Assembly (NCBI GenBank): GCA_963813025.1
Contig: CAWEXO010000005.1
Span: 128,001-192,000, forward strand
DNA: 64,000 nucleotides
DNA from: an uncultured Verrucomicrobiae bacterium
GTDB taxonomy: Bacteria; Verrucomicrobiota; Verrucomicrobiia; Chthoniobacterales; JAFAMB01
Direction: 5' to 3'
Shown here one piece after another: positions 27,506 to 38,084 of this stretch; the stretch's first letter is position 1, and each line of letters opens with the position of its first letter. The translations under genes were made by a program, and so were the position numbers. The notes beneath the pieces are model-generated. The model ran no database searches and had not been told where the DNA came from. It was given only the letters and a program-made list of their open reading frames with translations.

Positions 27506-27592
27506 GTTTCACTCATCACATTTCGGGGCGTCTCGTTCGCCGATCCTTACCGAACGCGAAACGTCCAACGTGAAACCCGAGACGGCTTTCTC

Positions 27593-28576
27593 CTATTTGC
27601 GTACGAAATATTGATAATTTTTCTCATCCACAATTATCACACCGGTGTCCACGACCGCCGGAACACCGGTGACGTGCGCCCGTGCATTGTCGTTCGAAAT
27701 CGGTACGGGATGGTTCTTCAGATTAAAGAGAATTTGGAGCGCGTAAAAAGGCATCAACGCAGTTTGCTGGACAACGGTGGCGGAGATCACGCCGTCCTTG
27801 ATTGCTTGCAGCACCTCGTTACCGCGATCCATCGACACAATTTTCACCGTCCCCTTCTTCCCGGCTTCATTGACAGCGGTTGCCGCGCCGCTGCCACCGG
27901 CCGCTTCCACGCAACCGATGCCGGCCAAGTCGGGAAATTTCTGCAGCAGTGATGCCGCGGCCTGGGCCGCGACACTCGGATCGGATTGCGTATCAGCGAT
28001 TTGTACCAGTTGTATCCCCTGACCTTCGGCAAAGGCTTTTTTGTAGCCCGCGATGCGCTCCTCGAGATTGGATTGGCCCGGTTTGGTCATAAGAGCAACC
28101 TTCCCTTTTCCTCCAATCAGCCGCGCCAGCGTTTTCCCGCCTTCATAGCCGGCCTGCAGATTCCCCGTGCCGACAAAGGCTATGCGCTTCGAGCCGGGCA
28201 GATCAGCGTCAACAGTGACAACGGGGACCCCGGCGTCAGCCGATTTATCGACAATTGCGTTCAGTGAGGATTCGAAGCCGACCACGATTATGCCCGCTGG
28301 CTTTCGCGCAATCGCTTGCTCAAAAGCGGTTACCATCGCGGACATATCATAGCTCGCCGGACCGACGTACTCGGTTTGCACACCCATGACTTTACCTGCT
28401 TCTTGCAGGCCGAGTTTGTGATCGTAGAAATAGTCCAGGCTGCCGAGCGCAGACACTTGTATATAAAGTTGGTCAGATGTTTTCTGCTGAGCCGTCGCTG
28501 GGAGCAGCAGGCTGAGCGAGGCGATGAACGCGAACCAAATTGTTCGGCCAAGTCGGGGGGAACTTAGGTTGGGCAT
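27593..28576 (-). CDS. Sugar ABC substrate-binding protein (RbsB-like)
   Basis: Signal peptide; Peripla_BP_4 pattern (VPVVTVD, FVGTGN). Confidence 0.9.
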   Translation of the reverse strand: MPNLSSPRLGRTIWFAFIASLSLLLPATAQQKTSDQLYIQVSALGSLDYFYDHKLGLQEAGKVMGVQTEYVGPASYDMSAMVTAFEQAIARKPAGIIVVGFESSLNAIVDKSADAGVPVVTVDADLPGSKRIAFVGTGNLQAGYEGGKTLARLIGGKGKVALMTKPGQSNLEERIAGYKKAFAEGQGIQLVQIADTQSDPSVAAQAAASLLQKFPDLAGIGCVEAAGGSGAATAVNEAGKKGTVKIVSMDRGNEVLQAIKDGVISATVVQQTALMPFYALQILFNLKNHPVPISNDNARAHVTGVPAVVDTGVIIVDEKNYQYFVRK

Positions 28577-28700
28577 AGAATGTAAAGAGTTTTGTAGGTG
28601 CTATTGGACGACTGCGCTGGCTGGTCCGGAAACCAAACTGCGCCGAAAACAATAAACTGGCCGGAAACGCCCGCAAATCGATTATACACCGCCGCTTGGC

Positions 28701-29024
28701 GTGATCGAACGGGAATCAACTAACGTGGTAGCGACGACGGACAAAATCGTGGCGCAAGCGCTCCGTACGGTGCGACGAGAGGCCTGTGAGGGTTTGACGG
28801 TTAAGAATCTGCTGCAACAGCTCAAGATCTGTCGCCAACCTCGAACTTCGTCTCAAAAAGAGTGCTCGGTCGCGCCAATCCACGACGAGATCACACGGAT
28901 CCGGCTGAAACGAGTTTGTCAATTACTCTATATAGGCGATCTGAACCTGGCGAGCATTGCCCAGCGGACAGGCTATTTGGATGTTTCTCTCATGAGCAGA
29001 TCGTTCCGAAAACGTACGCCATGA
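28701..29024 (+). pseudogene. Truncated/frameshifted XylR-type AraC regulator (C-terminal part)
   Basis: VIERESTNVVA...VAQAL...EACEGLTV...IHDEITRIRLKRVCQLL...IAQRTGY; lacks the N-terminal domain. Confidence 0.65.
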
Positions 29025-30449
29025 TCAGGGGTTCGCCGGATCCTTTGTCAAACTGCCATTCACTAGACGCCAGATCCCGAGCGGGTTGCGATCTTTTAAG
29101 GCGTCCGGCAGCAGATCCTGCGGCGCGTTCTGAAAGCAAACAGGTCGAGCAAATCGGAGAATGGCGGCCGTCCCTACCGAGGTGAAGCGGGAATCTGTGG
29201 TGGCAGGAAAAGGTCCACCGTGCTGCATGGAAGGGCAGACCTCGACGCCAGTGGGAAAACCATTCCAAAGGACTCGCCCGGCTTTTTCACGCAAAACCAA
29301 AAAGAGCCGCGACGCCGAAGGCAGATCACGGTCCGTGCCGTGAACGCTGGCCGTGAGTTGTCCATCGAGGTCTGAGGCCAGCCGGAGCATTTCTTCCTCA
29401 TCTCCGCATTCAACCAAGACAGTAAGCGGCCCAAAGATCTCGTGATGGAGATTTTTGTTCGATTGGTAGGTATTGGCGTCGACAACGGCCAGGTAAGCGC
29501 CTCCGGAGGCCTGAATGAATTGCTGAACTTTCGCGAGATTATCTTTGAAACCTTGCGCGATCTTGTCCGTCAACATTCGTCCACACGGAAAAGCTGCTAG
29601 TTCACGAGCGAGAGCCTGACGAAACGAATCCAGAGCGGAGTTTTTGACCGCAAACACAAGACCCGGTTTGGTGCAGAACTGTCCATCTCCCAGCGTGACT
29701 GACCCGGCCAACCCTTTGGCCAGACCCGCAGTGTCATTGGCCAGGGATCCTGGCAACAGGAACAATGGATTCAAGCTGCTCATTTCGGAGAAAACCGGGA
29801 TCGGATCCGGCCGGGAGGCGCCGGCATCGAAAATGGCCCGGCCCGCAGCGAGGGAACCAGTAAAGCCGACCGCTTTGATCCGTGAATCTTTTACGAGGGA
29901 TAAGCCTGCTTCGACGCTGGTATCGTCGACCATTCCAAACACGCCTTCTGAGTAGCTGGTTTTCTTGATCGCTCGTTCGATCGCTTCCGCCACGAGTCGG
30001 GAGGTTTCGGGATGTCCGGGATGCGGCTTGACCACGGTTGAGCAACCGGCGGCCCACGCGGAGGCGGTATCGCCCCCGGCAACTGAGAACGCAAAGGGGA
30101 AGTTGCTCGCCGCAAAAACCGCGACCGGTCCAATGGGAAAAAGCATCCGGCGGAGATCCGGTTTCGGAATCGGTTTGCGTTCTGGCTCGCCGGTGTCGAC
30201 GCGCGCATCAATCCAGGAACCTTTCCGGACCAACGCTCCGAACAGTCGAAGCTGGTTGACCGTGCGTGCTCGCTCGCCGGTTAGCCGCGCCTCGGACAGC
30301 GCCGTTTCTTTTTGGCAGACCAGGATCAATTCATCGCCAACCGCAAGAATCGCCTCGGCGACCTGGTCGAGGAATTCGGCAAGTCTTTCTGAGTCCGGCG
30401 CGACATACGCCGCGGCTCGCCGAAGGAGGGATTCAGTGGTTTCAACCAT
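29025..30449 (-). CDS. Aldehyde dehydrogenase (NADP+), alpha-ketoglutaric semialdehyde dehydrogenase-like
   Basis: ASNFPFAFSVAGGDTASA, GFTGS, GQFCTKPG, HGGPFPAT. Confidence 0.88.
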   Translation of the reverse strand: MVETTESLLRRAAAYVAPDSERLAEFLDQVAEAILAVGDELILVCQKETALSEARLTGERARTVNQLRLFGALVRKGSWIDARVDTGEPERKPIPKPDLRRMLFPIGPVAVFAASNFPFAFSVAGGDTASAWAAGCSTVVKPHPGHPETSRLVAEAIERAIKKTSYSEGVFGMVDDTSVEAGLSLVKDSRIKAVGFTGSLAAGRAIFDAGASRPDPIPVFSEMSSLNPLFLLPGSLANDTAGLAKGLAGSVTLGDGQFCTKPGLVFAVKNSALDSFRQALARELAAFPCGRMLTDKIAQGFKDNLAKVQQFIQASGGAYLAVVDANTYQSNKNLHHEIFGPLTVLVECGDEEEMLRLASDLDGQLTASVHGTDRDLPSASRLFLVLREKAGRVLWNGFPTGVEVCPSMQHGGPFPATTDSRFTSVGTAAILRFARPVCFQNAPQDLLPDALKDRNPLGIWRLVNGSLTKDPANP

Positions 30450-30680
30450 ATTTGGCAGCAAGGTAGGACAAGCTTCCCAGCTTGTCATTTCAGGTCCAGC
30501 AGACAAACGACGACCTCATCGCCGGCTAAATGCTCGTAATAACGAAGATGCTGCGCGCTCAAAAGACTGTTTCAAGATCTTTTCGTAGAAAACACAGCAG
30601 AATTTTCGGGCGAGTCCGAAAATTCTGCTGCCACAGCCTGCATCGCCTCCAAATCCCTAAGGATTTGCGAGCGATGCAGG

Positions 30681-31952
30681 CTAACTCTTCGGTGTGCCGG
30701 CAAGCTCCATCGCACCGTCTGCTTGAGCGCATCTCCTTAAGGCAAGCACCCGATCGAGGACCGGCGGATGCGTGTAGCGGAGCATAACTAACAGCCAATG
30801 AGGAGTGAGGTTGGAAAGGTTTTCGCGGCTGAGGCGCTTCAAGGCCAGAATCAACGGCTCGGAATCACCGAGCGCCCGCGCCGCAAAATGGTCCGCCTCA
30901 TACTCATGGCGACGGCTCCACCACTTGCTGAAAACACCGAAGGCTATGCCGGCCGGTCTCAGCAAAATCAGCATGAGAGCCAAACCAACATAGTAGGAAG
31001 GAGTAGTCACCCCGAATGCCGCGAAGAGCGGCGGCCAGGAAATACAAAACGCGGACAAAAGAAAAAGACCGAACAACGTCACTTGGCCAAAGACAAAATG
31101 CTGAAGAATGTGCCGGCGCTTGAAGTGGCCGATCTCATGCGCAAGAATCGCGAGCAACTCTGCGGTGGGATGGCTGTTGATCAGCGTGTCATAAAGGGCG
31201 ATCCGTTTGTTCGAGCCGAATCCGGTCAGAAACGCGTTTGCCTTCGAAGAGCGCCGGGACCCGTCAATCACGAGAAGGTCTGTGACGGGAAAGCGCTGTT
31301 GGGCGCACAATTCAATGATGCGCTCCCGCAGTTCGCCATCCGGCACCCGAGTTAGCCGGTAGAAAAGTGGCAGAATAAGCGGCGGCGCCACGTAGACCAG
31401 CAGGACCGACAAGCATGCGGTAATGCTCCAGGCGATCCACCAGGCGTTCAGTCCAAACGACTGGAACAGGTAAAGCACGACAGTGACGATCCCGGTTGCC
31501 AGAGCGAGCGCCAAGGACCACTCTTTGATCCGATCCAGTACAAAGGTGGATAATGTTGCTCGATTGAACCCGAATCGCTGTTCAATGACAAAGGTCTGGT
31601 AGTAATCGAAAGGCAAACTCAGTAGCTCCCGCGCAACCGCTAAGATTCCTAGATAGACTATGCCGGCCAGTACCGAATGCAGATGAAAAGAGCGCAACCA
31701 GTCGTCCAATTTGCCGAAACCACCCACACCCCAGAATGTTAGTAATGCCGTCAAGCCGGTCGCGGAAGCAGCGAGATCCACCCAGGTATTCTGCCGCGTA
31801 TACGCCAGCGAACGCTGGTAGCGATATTCGTCGTACACCTCAGAAAACTCGTCCGGGATCTTGGCGTGAAGGCAGCGCAGGTTGAGTATTTTTGAGAGGA
31901 GATCGACCGCGAAATAACCTACCAGCGCGACCAGAAGAAGGGCGGAGAGCAT
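30681..31952 (-). CDS. M48 (Ste24-like) membrane metallopeptidase
   Basis: SSKANAF, HEIGH, EYEAD, THPP. Confidence 0.92.
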   Translation of the reverse strand: MLSALLLVALVGYFAVDLLSKILNLRCLHAKIPDEFSEVYDEYRYQRSLAYTRQNTWVDLAASATGLTALLTFWGVGGFGKLDDWLRSFHLHSVLAGIVYLGILAVARELLSLPFDYYQTFVIEQRFGFNRATLSTFVLDRIKEWSLALALATGIVTVVLYLFQSFGLNAWWIAWSITACLSVLLVYVAPPLILPLFYRLTRVPDGELRERIIELCAQQRFPVTDLLVIDGSRRSSKANAFLTGFGSNKRIALYDTLINSHPTAELLAILAHEIGHFKRRHILQHFVFGQVTLFGLFLLSAFCISWPPLFAAFGVTTPSYYVGLALMLILLRPAGIAFGVFSKWWSRRHEYEADHFAARALGDSEPLILALKRLSRENLSNLTPHWLLVMLRYTHPPVLDRVLALRRCAQADGAMELAGTPKS

Positions 31953-32015
31953 ATCGGTGTCCTGGGCGAACGAAAACAGCCGGACCGCCGCGGTCAGGCT
32001 ACCTCGAAAAACTTT

Positions 32016-33613
32016 TCATGCGGCTGAAGCCGGAGGAAGATTCCTTAATCGCCGGCTTTCCTGCTCTGCTCTCTCCTCGTCCTTCGGGTATTTAATTCGC
32101 GTGTGCAGCATGTTTTGCAGCGTAAATCGGAATGTTTCCGCAACTGCTCGAATTTCCCGCAGGGTGAGATCGCATTCGTCGAGCTGGCCTCCGGCGATCC
32201 GTTTGCCAATGATTTCGTTTACCAGCTGCTCGATCTTTTGCGGAGTTGGTTTGTCGAGACTGCGTGAAGCGCTCTCCACCGCGTCGGCCAGGCTGATAAT
32301 GCCACTTTCCCGGAACTGGGGTTTCGGTCCGCTGTAGCGAAAACTTTCGTCGCGCACTTCGGGAATATCTTCCTCGCGAATGTTCATGATTTTTCCGCCT
32401 TCGCGAGCGTCCCGTTGTTGCTGGAGGGCGCGCTGTAAAAATACGAAACCATCGACGTGCCGTGATGCTGCTGGATCACATCGATGATGCGCTGGTTCAA
32501 ACCGAACTTCAAAGCGAGATCAACTCCTTCCTTGACATGCGCTATGATAATCAAGGCGCTCATGGTCGGAGCGAGATCGTCATGGGGGTTTTCGTCTCCC
32601 ACAATGTTTTCCGAGAAGTAGTTCGGCTTTACCAGCTTACCGATGTCATGAAAATAGGCACATGCACGAGCCATCGTGCCATTGGCACCGATCCGATTGG
32701 CGGCCGCTTCGGCCAGATCAGCCACCACATCACTGTGATGCCAGGTCCCGGGGGCCTCAAGGCTCAAACGCAGAAGCAACGGATGATTGCGATCAGCCGT
32801 TTCCAGCCACGACATGTCGGTCGTGATATGAAAAGCAGACTCGAGAACGGGAAGCGCTCCGCCGACTACCATGGCGGTTATCACCCCGGTCAACACAGCA
32901 GCCAGGGACTGTTTGGCAAACATCGTCCAATCAGTCGCTCCCAGTTGGAGCCAAGGCACGGTGATTATTCCGAAGGAAACGGCCAGAACCCAGGTGGCCA
33001 GGCCGACGTAGACCCCGGCTCGAATAAGCCGGCTTCTCCGCCGAACCTGAATCGTCACGAACACCGCGATAAAACCGCTGATCAGGCTCATCACGAGCAG
33101 AAATGCGTCAATCCCGCGAAAGAGAATGGCGCTCCACAGGCTAACAAAGATCGCGGCATACAGACCATGGTTTTTACCCAGCAGCACCGAGAGAATGAGC
33201 GGAGCAAAGGCGAAAGGGATAAACAACACTCCAAACTCTTTCGGTACGCTTCCCTGCCCTTGCGTCGAAAAGACCATCAGCAACTTGGCAATGCAGAGAT
33301 GCAGCAAAATAACTCCGAAAACCAGGCCAACCCGGGAGTTCCTCCTGAAGGTTTCGGGATGGTTGATCCAAAGTTGAGCAACCGCCGTGACGAAGATCAG
33401 TAAGCCGATCAGGAAGTACTTCGCCGGATCCGGATGCTCACCCGAGAAAATTAAAACCGCCAGAACCGAAATGAACACTCCGAAAATCGCGATTTTCATG
33501 CGCGGATCGGAGTCGAGTCTCCGCATCCACTCTTTTTGCGTCGGTTTACGCCGCATCTTTCGGCACGCAAACCCCTGCTTGATCAGTTTCCGTCGATCTG
33601 GAGCGCCAAACAT
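32016..33613 (-). CDS. 7TM-HD (HDIG, PgpH-like) phosphohydrolase, split by a 1-nt frameshift at ~32434
   Basis: APGTWHHS, YFHDIGK, QHHGT in one frame; YSGPKPQ...LADAVESA in the next; adding one A restores YFYKRALQQ. Confidence 0.85.
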
Positions 33614-33616
33614 ACC

Positions 33617-34579
33617 CTAATTTTTACCTCGATGAATTTGATAAGCTTTAATGATCGATTGAACAAGCGGATGCCGGACCACGTCCCGCTCGTCAAACTC
33701 CGTAAAACTGATCCCCGGTACCCCCTTCAGAGCATGCAAAGCCTCAATGAGTCCAGAGATGCGATTCTGAGGAAGATCAATTTGGGTTTGATCTCCGGTT
33801 ACCACGCATTTTGAATCCGCTCCCAGACGGGTAAGAAACATAAACATCTGTTCCGCTGTTGTATTTTGTGCCTCGTCCAGAATCACAAAGGCATGTGTCA
33901 GCGTCCGTCCGCGCATATAGGCCAGAGGAGCGATTTCAATTACGCCACGATCCATGTACTTCTGAATTTCCTCTGGGTCCAGCATATCATACAAAGCGTC
34001 ATAGAGCGGTCGCAAATACGGGAAGATCTTTTCTTGCAGATCGCCCGGAAGAAATCCGAGCGCTTCCCCGGCTTCGACGGCGGGCCGGGTTAACACGATC
34101 CTTTTGACCTTTTCCCTTTTTAAGGCATCCACCGCCATCGCCATCGCCAGAAAGGTCTTACCGGTACCGGCTGGGCCGACGCCAAAAACTATGTCAAAAT
34201 TCTGGATAGCCTGCACGTAGATCAGCTGCTGTCGTGACCTTGGGGTTATCGGCGGCCGCTTCGGGGGTACCAATACGCGGAAATCCGCGAGATGTCCCAG
34301 GGATGCCCGGTCGTTTCCTTCAACCACGGAATCCAGGGCGTACTGGAATTCATGACGCCGGATTGGCATTCCTTTCAGCCGGGCTTGCTCAAGTTGGTCA
34401 AAAACAGCACGCGCTTTCTCAATGCTCGAACGCTCACCCTCGAGGCGGATCCAGCCGTCCCTCGTAGTGACCTTCAGCTCCAGGCGATTTTCCAGGGATT
34501 GCAGAAGGTTCAAGTCATTTGCGTACAGGTTTTGCACGGCCCGCGCGTTCTCGAACTGAAGCGTTTCGGAATCTACCAT
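33617..34579 (-). CDS. phoH: PhoH family ATPase
   Basis: GPAGTGKT, RPAVEAGE, GFLPGD, YMRGRT, DEAQN. Confidence 0.95.
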   Translation of the reverse strand: MVDSETLQFENARAVQNLYANDLNLLQSLENRLELKVTTRDGWIRLEGERSSIEKARAVFDQLEQARLKGMPIRRHEFQYALDSVVEGNDRASLGHLADFRVLVPPKRPPITPRSRQQLIYVQAIQNFDIVFGVGPAGTGKTFLAMAMAVDALKREKVKRIVLTRPAVEAGEALGFLPGDLQEKIFPYLRPLYDALYDMLDPEEIQKYMDRGVIEIAPLAYMRGRTLTHAFVILDEAQNTTAEQMFMFLTRLGADSKCVVTGDQTQIDLPQNRISGLIEALHALKGVPGISFTEFDERDVVRHPLVQSIIKAYQIHRGKN

Positions 34580-34752
34580 CCAGGCTGGATTTAAAGGACC
34601 CTCCCTTTAACGCAAATCGAACCCTTTGTAAACGGCCGATCGCGATCGCCTTCGAGGCCGGCAGAGCTCTCATCATGTCGAGAAAACCGTGTTGCCGTCG
34701 ACTGATTTGATTGAATGCGAGTCAGCAAGTGTTGGCGCCTCCGGAACAATCG

Positions 34753-35175
34753 TTATTTGTAGGCGTAGACCATCGCCCAGTGTGTCCGCTCGGCGGGAGA
34801 ACTGGAGACCTCAACGACGATATAAAAGGTTCCAGTAGCCGGCGGTTTGACCCGGGCAGCGGCAAATCGGCCTTTTTGCCATGAGTCGTTCTCGACCAGT
34901 TTGCCCCGGTTATCATAAACGTGGATCGAGATTTTTGCCCCATCGACATCGGTGCCCATCACAAACCAGTAGTCATTGCCCTTGAATAAGGTGTGCGGGA
35001 TTGCTTTCTCTTCCTTTACCCCAAGATCGCCGCCCCATTGATCGTCTCGGACCGTGTAGCCTTGCTTGACGTACTGCTGAATCCCTTCCATCGCCCGCGA
35101 AATCGCATCGTCCACTGTCGCGAACGCGGTCGCTCCGTAGTGAACGAGACCTAGGAAAAGGAGAAATCGTTTCAC
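34753..35175 (-). CDS. Hypothetical secreted protein
   Basis: Signal peptide, beta-rich sequence, 12 nt downstream of the preceding ORF. Confidence 0.7.
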   Translation of the reverse strand: MKRFLLFLGLVHYGATAFATVDDAISRAMEGIQQYVKQGYTVRDDQWGGDLGVKEEKAIPHTLFKGNDYWFVMGTDVDGAKISIHVYDNRGKLVENDSWQKGRFAAARVKPPATGTFYIVVEVSSSPAERTHWAMVYAYK

Positions 35176-35187
35176 GATTAAGCGCGA

Positions 35188-35979
35188 TCAAGCGTTCGCA
35201 TCAATCGCGCGAACCGTTTCCGCCGTAATTTCGTTAATGCGCTTAACCGATGCGGGCGTGATTTTCTGATGAATTAAAGGTAATATTTCCTCCAAGCTGC
35301 GCTCGACATGGCTAACCAGCTCATGGTTCCTGAGTCGAGACGGCATTCCAGCCAGGCGTTCCTGAAAATAACGAAGCAAATCAGGTTGGTTCAACAAATC
35401 CGCTCCATCCGGAGAGTAGCTTTTGTCGACAATGGAAGTCAGTACCTCGGTACCGCGGAGCCATCCACCCAGGCTGACCAGGTGCGCCAATTGAGCGTCT
35501 TTGAGTTCGATCATCGCGTTCTTGACGTCGGTTAGCGCGCCGTCCAGTTCGCGTCGCACCCCCATCCAATCAGCCGCGTCCGCTTTCGTTTGGATTGCGT
35601 TCGTGCGCGTCAGAACCGCTTTCTCAACCCCGATGGCCCGAGAGAGGGAAAGGACGTCGCGCCCGATATCGCGAACATGCTCCCGGTCCTTCGCTTCCAC
35701 CGCCACGAACCCCTCGGCGATTACCGCGCCAAGCAGGAGCGCGATGCGGGGTCGTTCCCCGCGGACCCCAACCGGAGGGTCCCGCAGTTCACCTCGCCAA
35801 TCCGGTGTCCCCAGCTTGTCCAGTACATTGAAAACTTCACTCGGCAGCGGCACCACGACATCGTCGAGCCGGGTGGCCGGAAACCGGGAAAGGTCAATCT
35901 GGCGAGGAGGAGCCTCCGCTCGGTCCAGCGAGCAAAGTGATCCAAGAACCAGCAGCACGAGAGTAAATTTTTTGGTCAT
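35188..35979 (-). CDS. Hypothetical secreted helical protein
   Basis: Signal peptide, 263 aa ORF of normal composition. Confidence 0.7.
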   Translation of the reverse strand: MTKKFTLVLLVLGSLCSLDRAEAPPRQIDLSRFPATRLDDVVVPLPSEVFNVLDKLGTPDWRGELRDPPVGVRGERPRIALLLGAVIAEGFVAVEAKDREHVRDIGRDVLSLSRAIGVEKAVLTRTNAIQTKADAADWMGVRRELDGALTDVKNAMIELKDAQLAHLVSLGGWLRGTEVLTSIVDKSYSPDGADLLNQPDLLRYFQERLAGMPSRLRNHELVSHVERSLEEILPLIHQKITPASVKRINEITAETVRAIDANA

Positions 35980-36210
35980 CTGGCGTAAAATCGTTGAGAA
36001 AAGAATTTGTCACTCGTCATCAGGACATCGTCCCAAGCAGGCTCCTGCGAAGCCCGAAACACAATGTCCCAATGCTAAAAGCAAAAAATTGATTCGGCAA
36101 ACCTTGTTTGGTCAAGCTCGCTCTGAACGACCGGAAGAGTGACCGATCGCCGCCTGTTTTGCTTGAAACCGACCGGGAAAGCAGCGAGATCGATGGGCTC
36201 CAAGCCGCCT

Positions 36211-37209
36211 ATGCAAGTCCAGAGAGTTCAGCAACTGATTCAGCTCTTCCGTGAGAAAAAGCTTCTGGTGATCGGCGACCTCATGCTGGATGAGTACGTG
36301 TGGGGCCGGGTGTCCCGCATCTCGCCGGAAGCACCGGTCCCGGTAGTCGAGGTTTTACGCGAATCGTATTACCCGGGTGGCGCGGCCAACGTTGCGCGCA
36401 ACGTGCGGGAGTTTGCTGACAAAGTTGAAATCATTGGCTCGGTCGGATCCGATCCCTCTGGCACCCGGCTGCAAAAGTTGCTCGCCGACAGTGGAATTGC
36501 GCTCGTTGGACTTCCCGCTCGCCCATCCTTCCATACCATCGTGAAGACGCGAATCATCGCGCGGCAACAACAGGTTGTGCGTGTCGATCGCGAGCTGCCG
36601 ACGGCCATCGGACCCGAGCTCCAGGAAGAGTGCCTCGATTATCTTCGGAAGAATATTCCTTCGGTGGATGGAATTATTCTGGAAGATTACGGGAAAGGTT
36701 TTCTCCAACAAACGATGGTCGACGGCATCGCCGAGATTGCCCGAGCCAACGGGAAGATCATCACGGCGGATCCGAATCAGCGCAATCCGATCCGGTGGCG
36801 ATCAATGACATCGGTTAAACCGAACCGGCAGGAAGCGTTCGCTGCGGCAAACGAACTCTGGTCAGAACCGGCTTCTCACCCGCTGAAAGACCGTCCGTTG
36901 CTCAAGGTTGGAGAAAAGCTGCTCCAGGATTGGCAGCCGGAGAACCTGGTGATTACTCTCGGTGATCTCGGGATGATCCTCTTTAGCCAGCACGACGAAC
37001 CCCATCACGTGCCGCCGCGCGCCCGGGAAGTTTTTGACCTTTCGGGAGCCGGGGACACCGCTGTTGCTCTTTTTACCCTTGCTCTTGTCTCCGGCGCATC
37101 CCCGGTCGAAGCGGTGGAAATCTCCAATCGTGCGAGCAGCATTGTTGTCGGCAAGCTCGGGACGGCCACGGCCTCTCCCAGCGAACTGCTCGAGAGCTTT
37201 TCCGGATGA
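36211..37209 (+). CDS. rfaE1: D-glycero-beta-D-manno-heptose-7-phosphate kinase (HldA/RfaE1); start may be 36193
   Basis: GDLMLDEY, RISPEAPVPV, GGAANVA, DLSGAGDT. Confidence 0.92.
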   Translation: MQVQRVQQLIQLFREKKLLVIGDLMLDEYVWGRVSRISPEAPVPVVEVLRESYYPGGAANVARNVREFADKVEIIGSVGSDPSGTRLQKLLADSGIALVGLPARPSFHTIVKTRIIARQQQVVRVDRELPTAIGPELQEECLDYLRKNIPSVDGIILEDYGKGFLQQTMVDGIAEIARANGKIITADPNQRNPIRWRSMTSVKPNRQEAFAAANELWSEPASHPLKDRPLLKVGEKLLQDWQPENLVITLGDLGMILFSQHDEPHHVPPRAREVFDLSGAGDTAVALFTLALVSGASPVEAVEISNRASSIVVGKLGTATASPSELLESFSG

Positions 37210-37754
37210 CCCGAATTTCAAAGGACTCTAATAAGGCCGTTTTTCTCGATCGCGATGGCACGCTCATGCAGGATGTGCCGTACCTTTCGCGACCGGGTGG
37301 TGTTCAGATTGTGCCTGGAGCGAAGGATTCTTTGTGGAGACTCCGAAATGCCGGGTTCCATCTCGTTATTGTGACCAACCAGAGCGGTATCGCTCGAGGA
37401 TACTTCACGGAGCGTGAATTCTGGCAGGTGCAAGGCCGCCTTGAAGAAGAGCTCGGGCCGGGTTTGATCCAGGCGGTGTACTTCTGCCCGGATGGTCCCG
37501 AACAGGCATCTTCCCGGCGCAAGCCAGCACCTGGAATGCTGCACGAAGCCGCTCGTGATTTTTCTCTGGCTCTGGAGGAGAGCTTTCTGATTGGCGATAA
37601 AATCAGTGATGTCGAAGCCGGCGTACGGGCCGGGCTTCGGCTTTCTATTCTCCTGGGTGGACCGGCCGACGATCTGCTGAACGTGCCCGGCCGGGCGGTC
37701 AGCGCGGCAACGTTGAGGGACGCCGCTGAACTCATTCTGGGGATCGTTGTATAG
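37206..37754 (+). CDS. gmhB: Heptose-1,7-bisphosphate phosphatase (HAD)
   Basis: FLDRDGT, TNQSG, RKPAPGM, GDKISD. Confidence 0.9.
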   Translation: MTRISKDSNKAVFLDRDGTLMQDVPYLSRPGGVQIVPGAKDSLWRLRNAGFHLVIVTNQSGIARGYFTEREFWQVQGRLEEELGPGLIQAVYFCPDGPEQASSRRKPAPGMLHEAARDFSLALEESFLIGDKISDVEAGVRAGLRLSILLGGPADDLLNVPGRAVSAATLRDAAELILGIVV

Positions 37755-37811
37755 AGGCGGAAGCAGTTAACCAGATCATCGTGGCGACGGTACTCCACTT
37801 GGCGTTTCCGG

Positions 37812-38028
37812 CACGTCGCGCGATCCTCTCGATCCCAGGGCGCTCAAGCCGTGCGCGCTAAGCATACCGCCACAGCGTGTATTCATTCGGACTCTAGACC
37901 GGCTTCGCCTGGATTCTTTCGCAGGTAATCGCGAAACCTTTCCACCCGGACGGCATTACGAACAATGAGTGGATCCCGCACTGTACTGGCACCGCCAGCA
38001 AAAATACCGACGAGGCCGTCGGCGCTAC
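37812..38028 (-). mobile_element. Internally deleted derivative of the RAYT/REP unit
   Basis: Minus strand: REP GTAGCGCCGACGGCCTCGTCGGTA + tgcgggatccac + diverged RAYT 3' end (IVRNAVRVERFRDYLRKNP...) + downstream linker, homologous to 56995-57032 and 57590-57740. Confidence 0.85.
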
Positions 38029-38084
38029 ATAGCTCTCACATCTACGTCTGCCTGCCCCAATCCTGATACTTCTAAGGCACAGCT

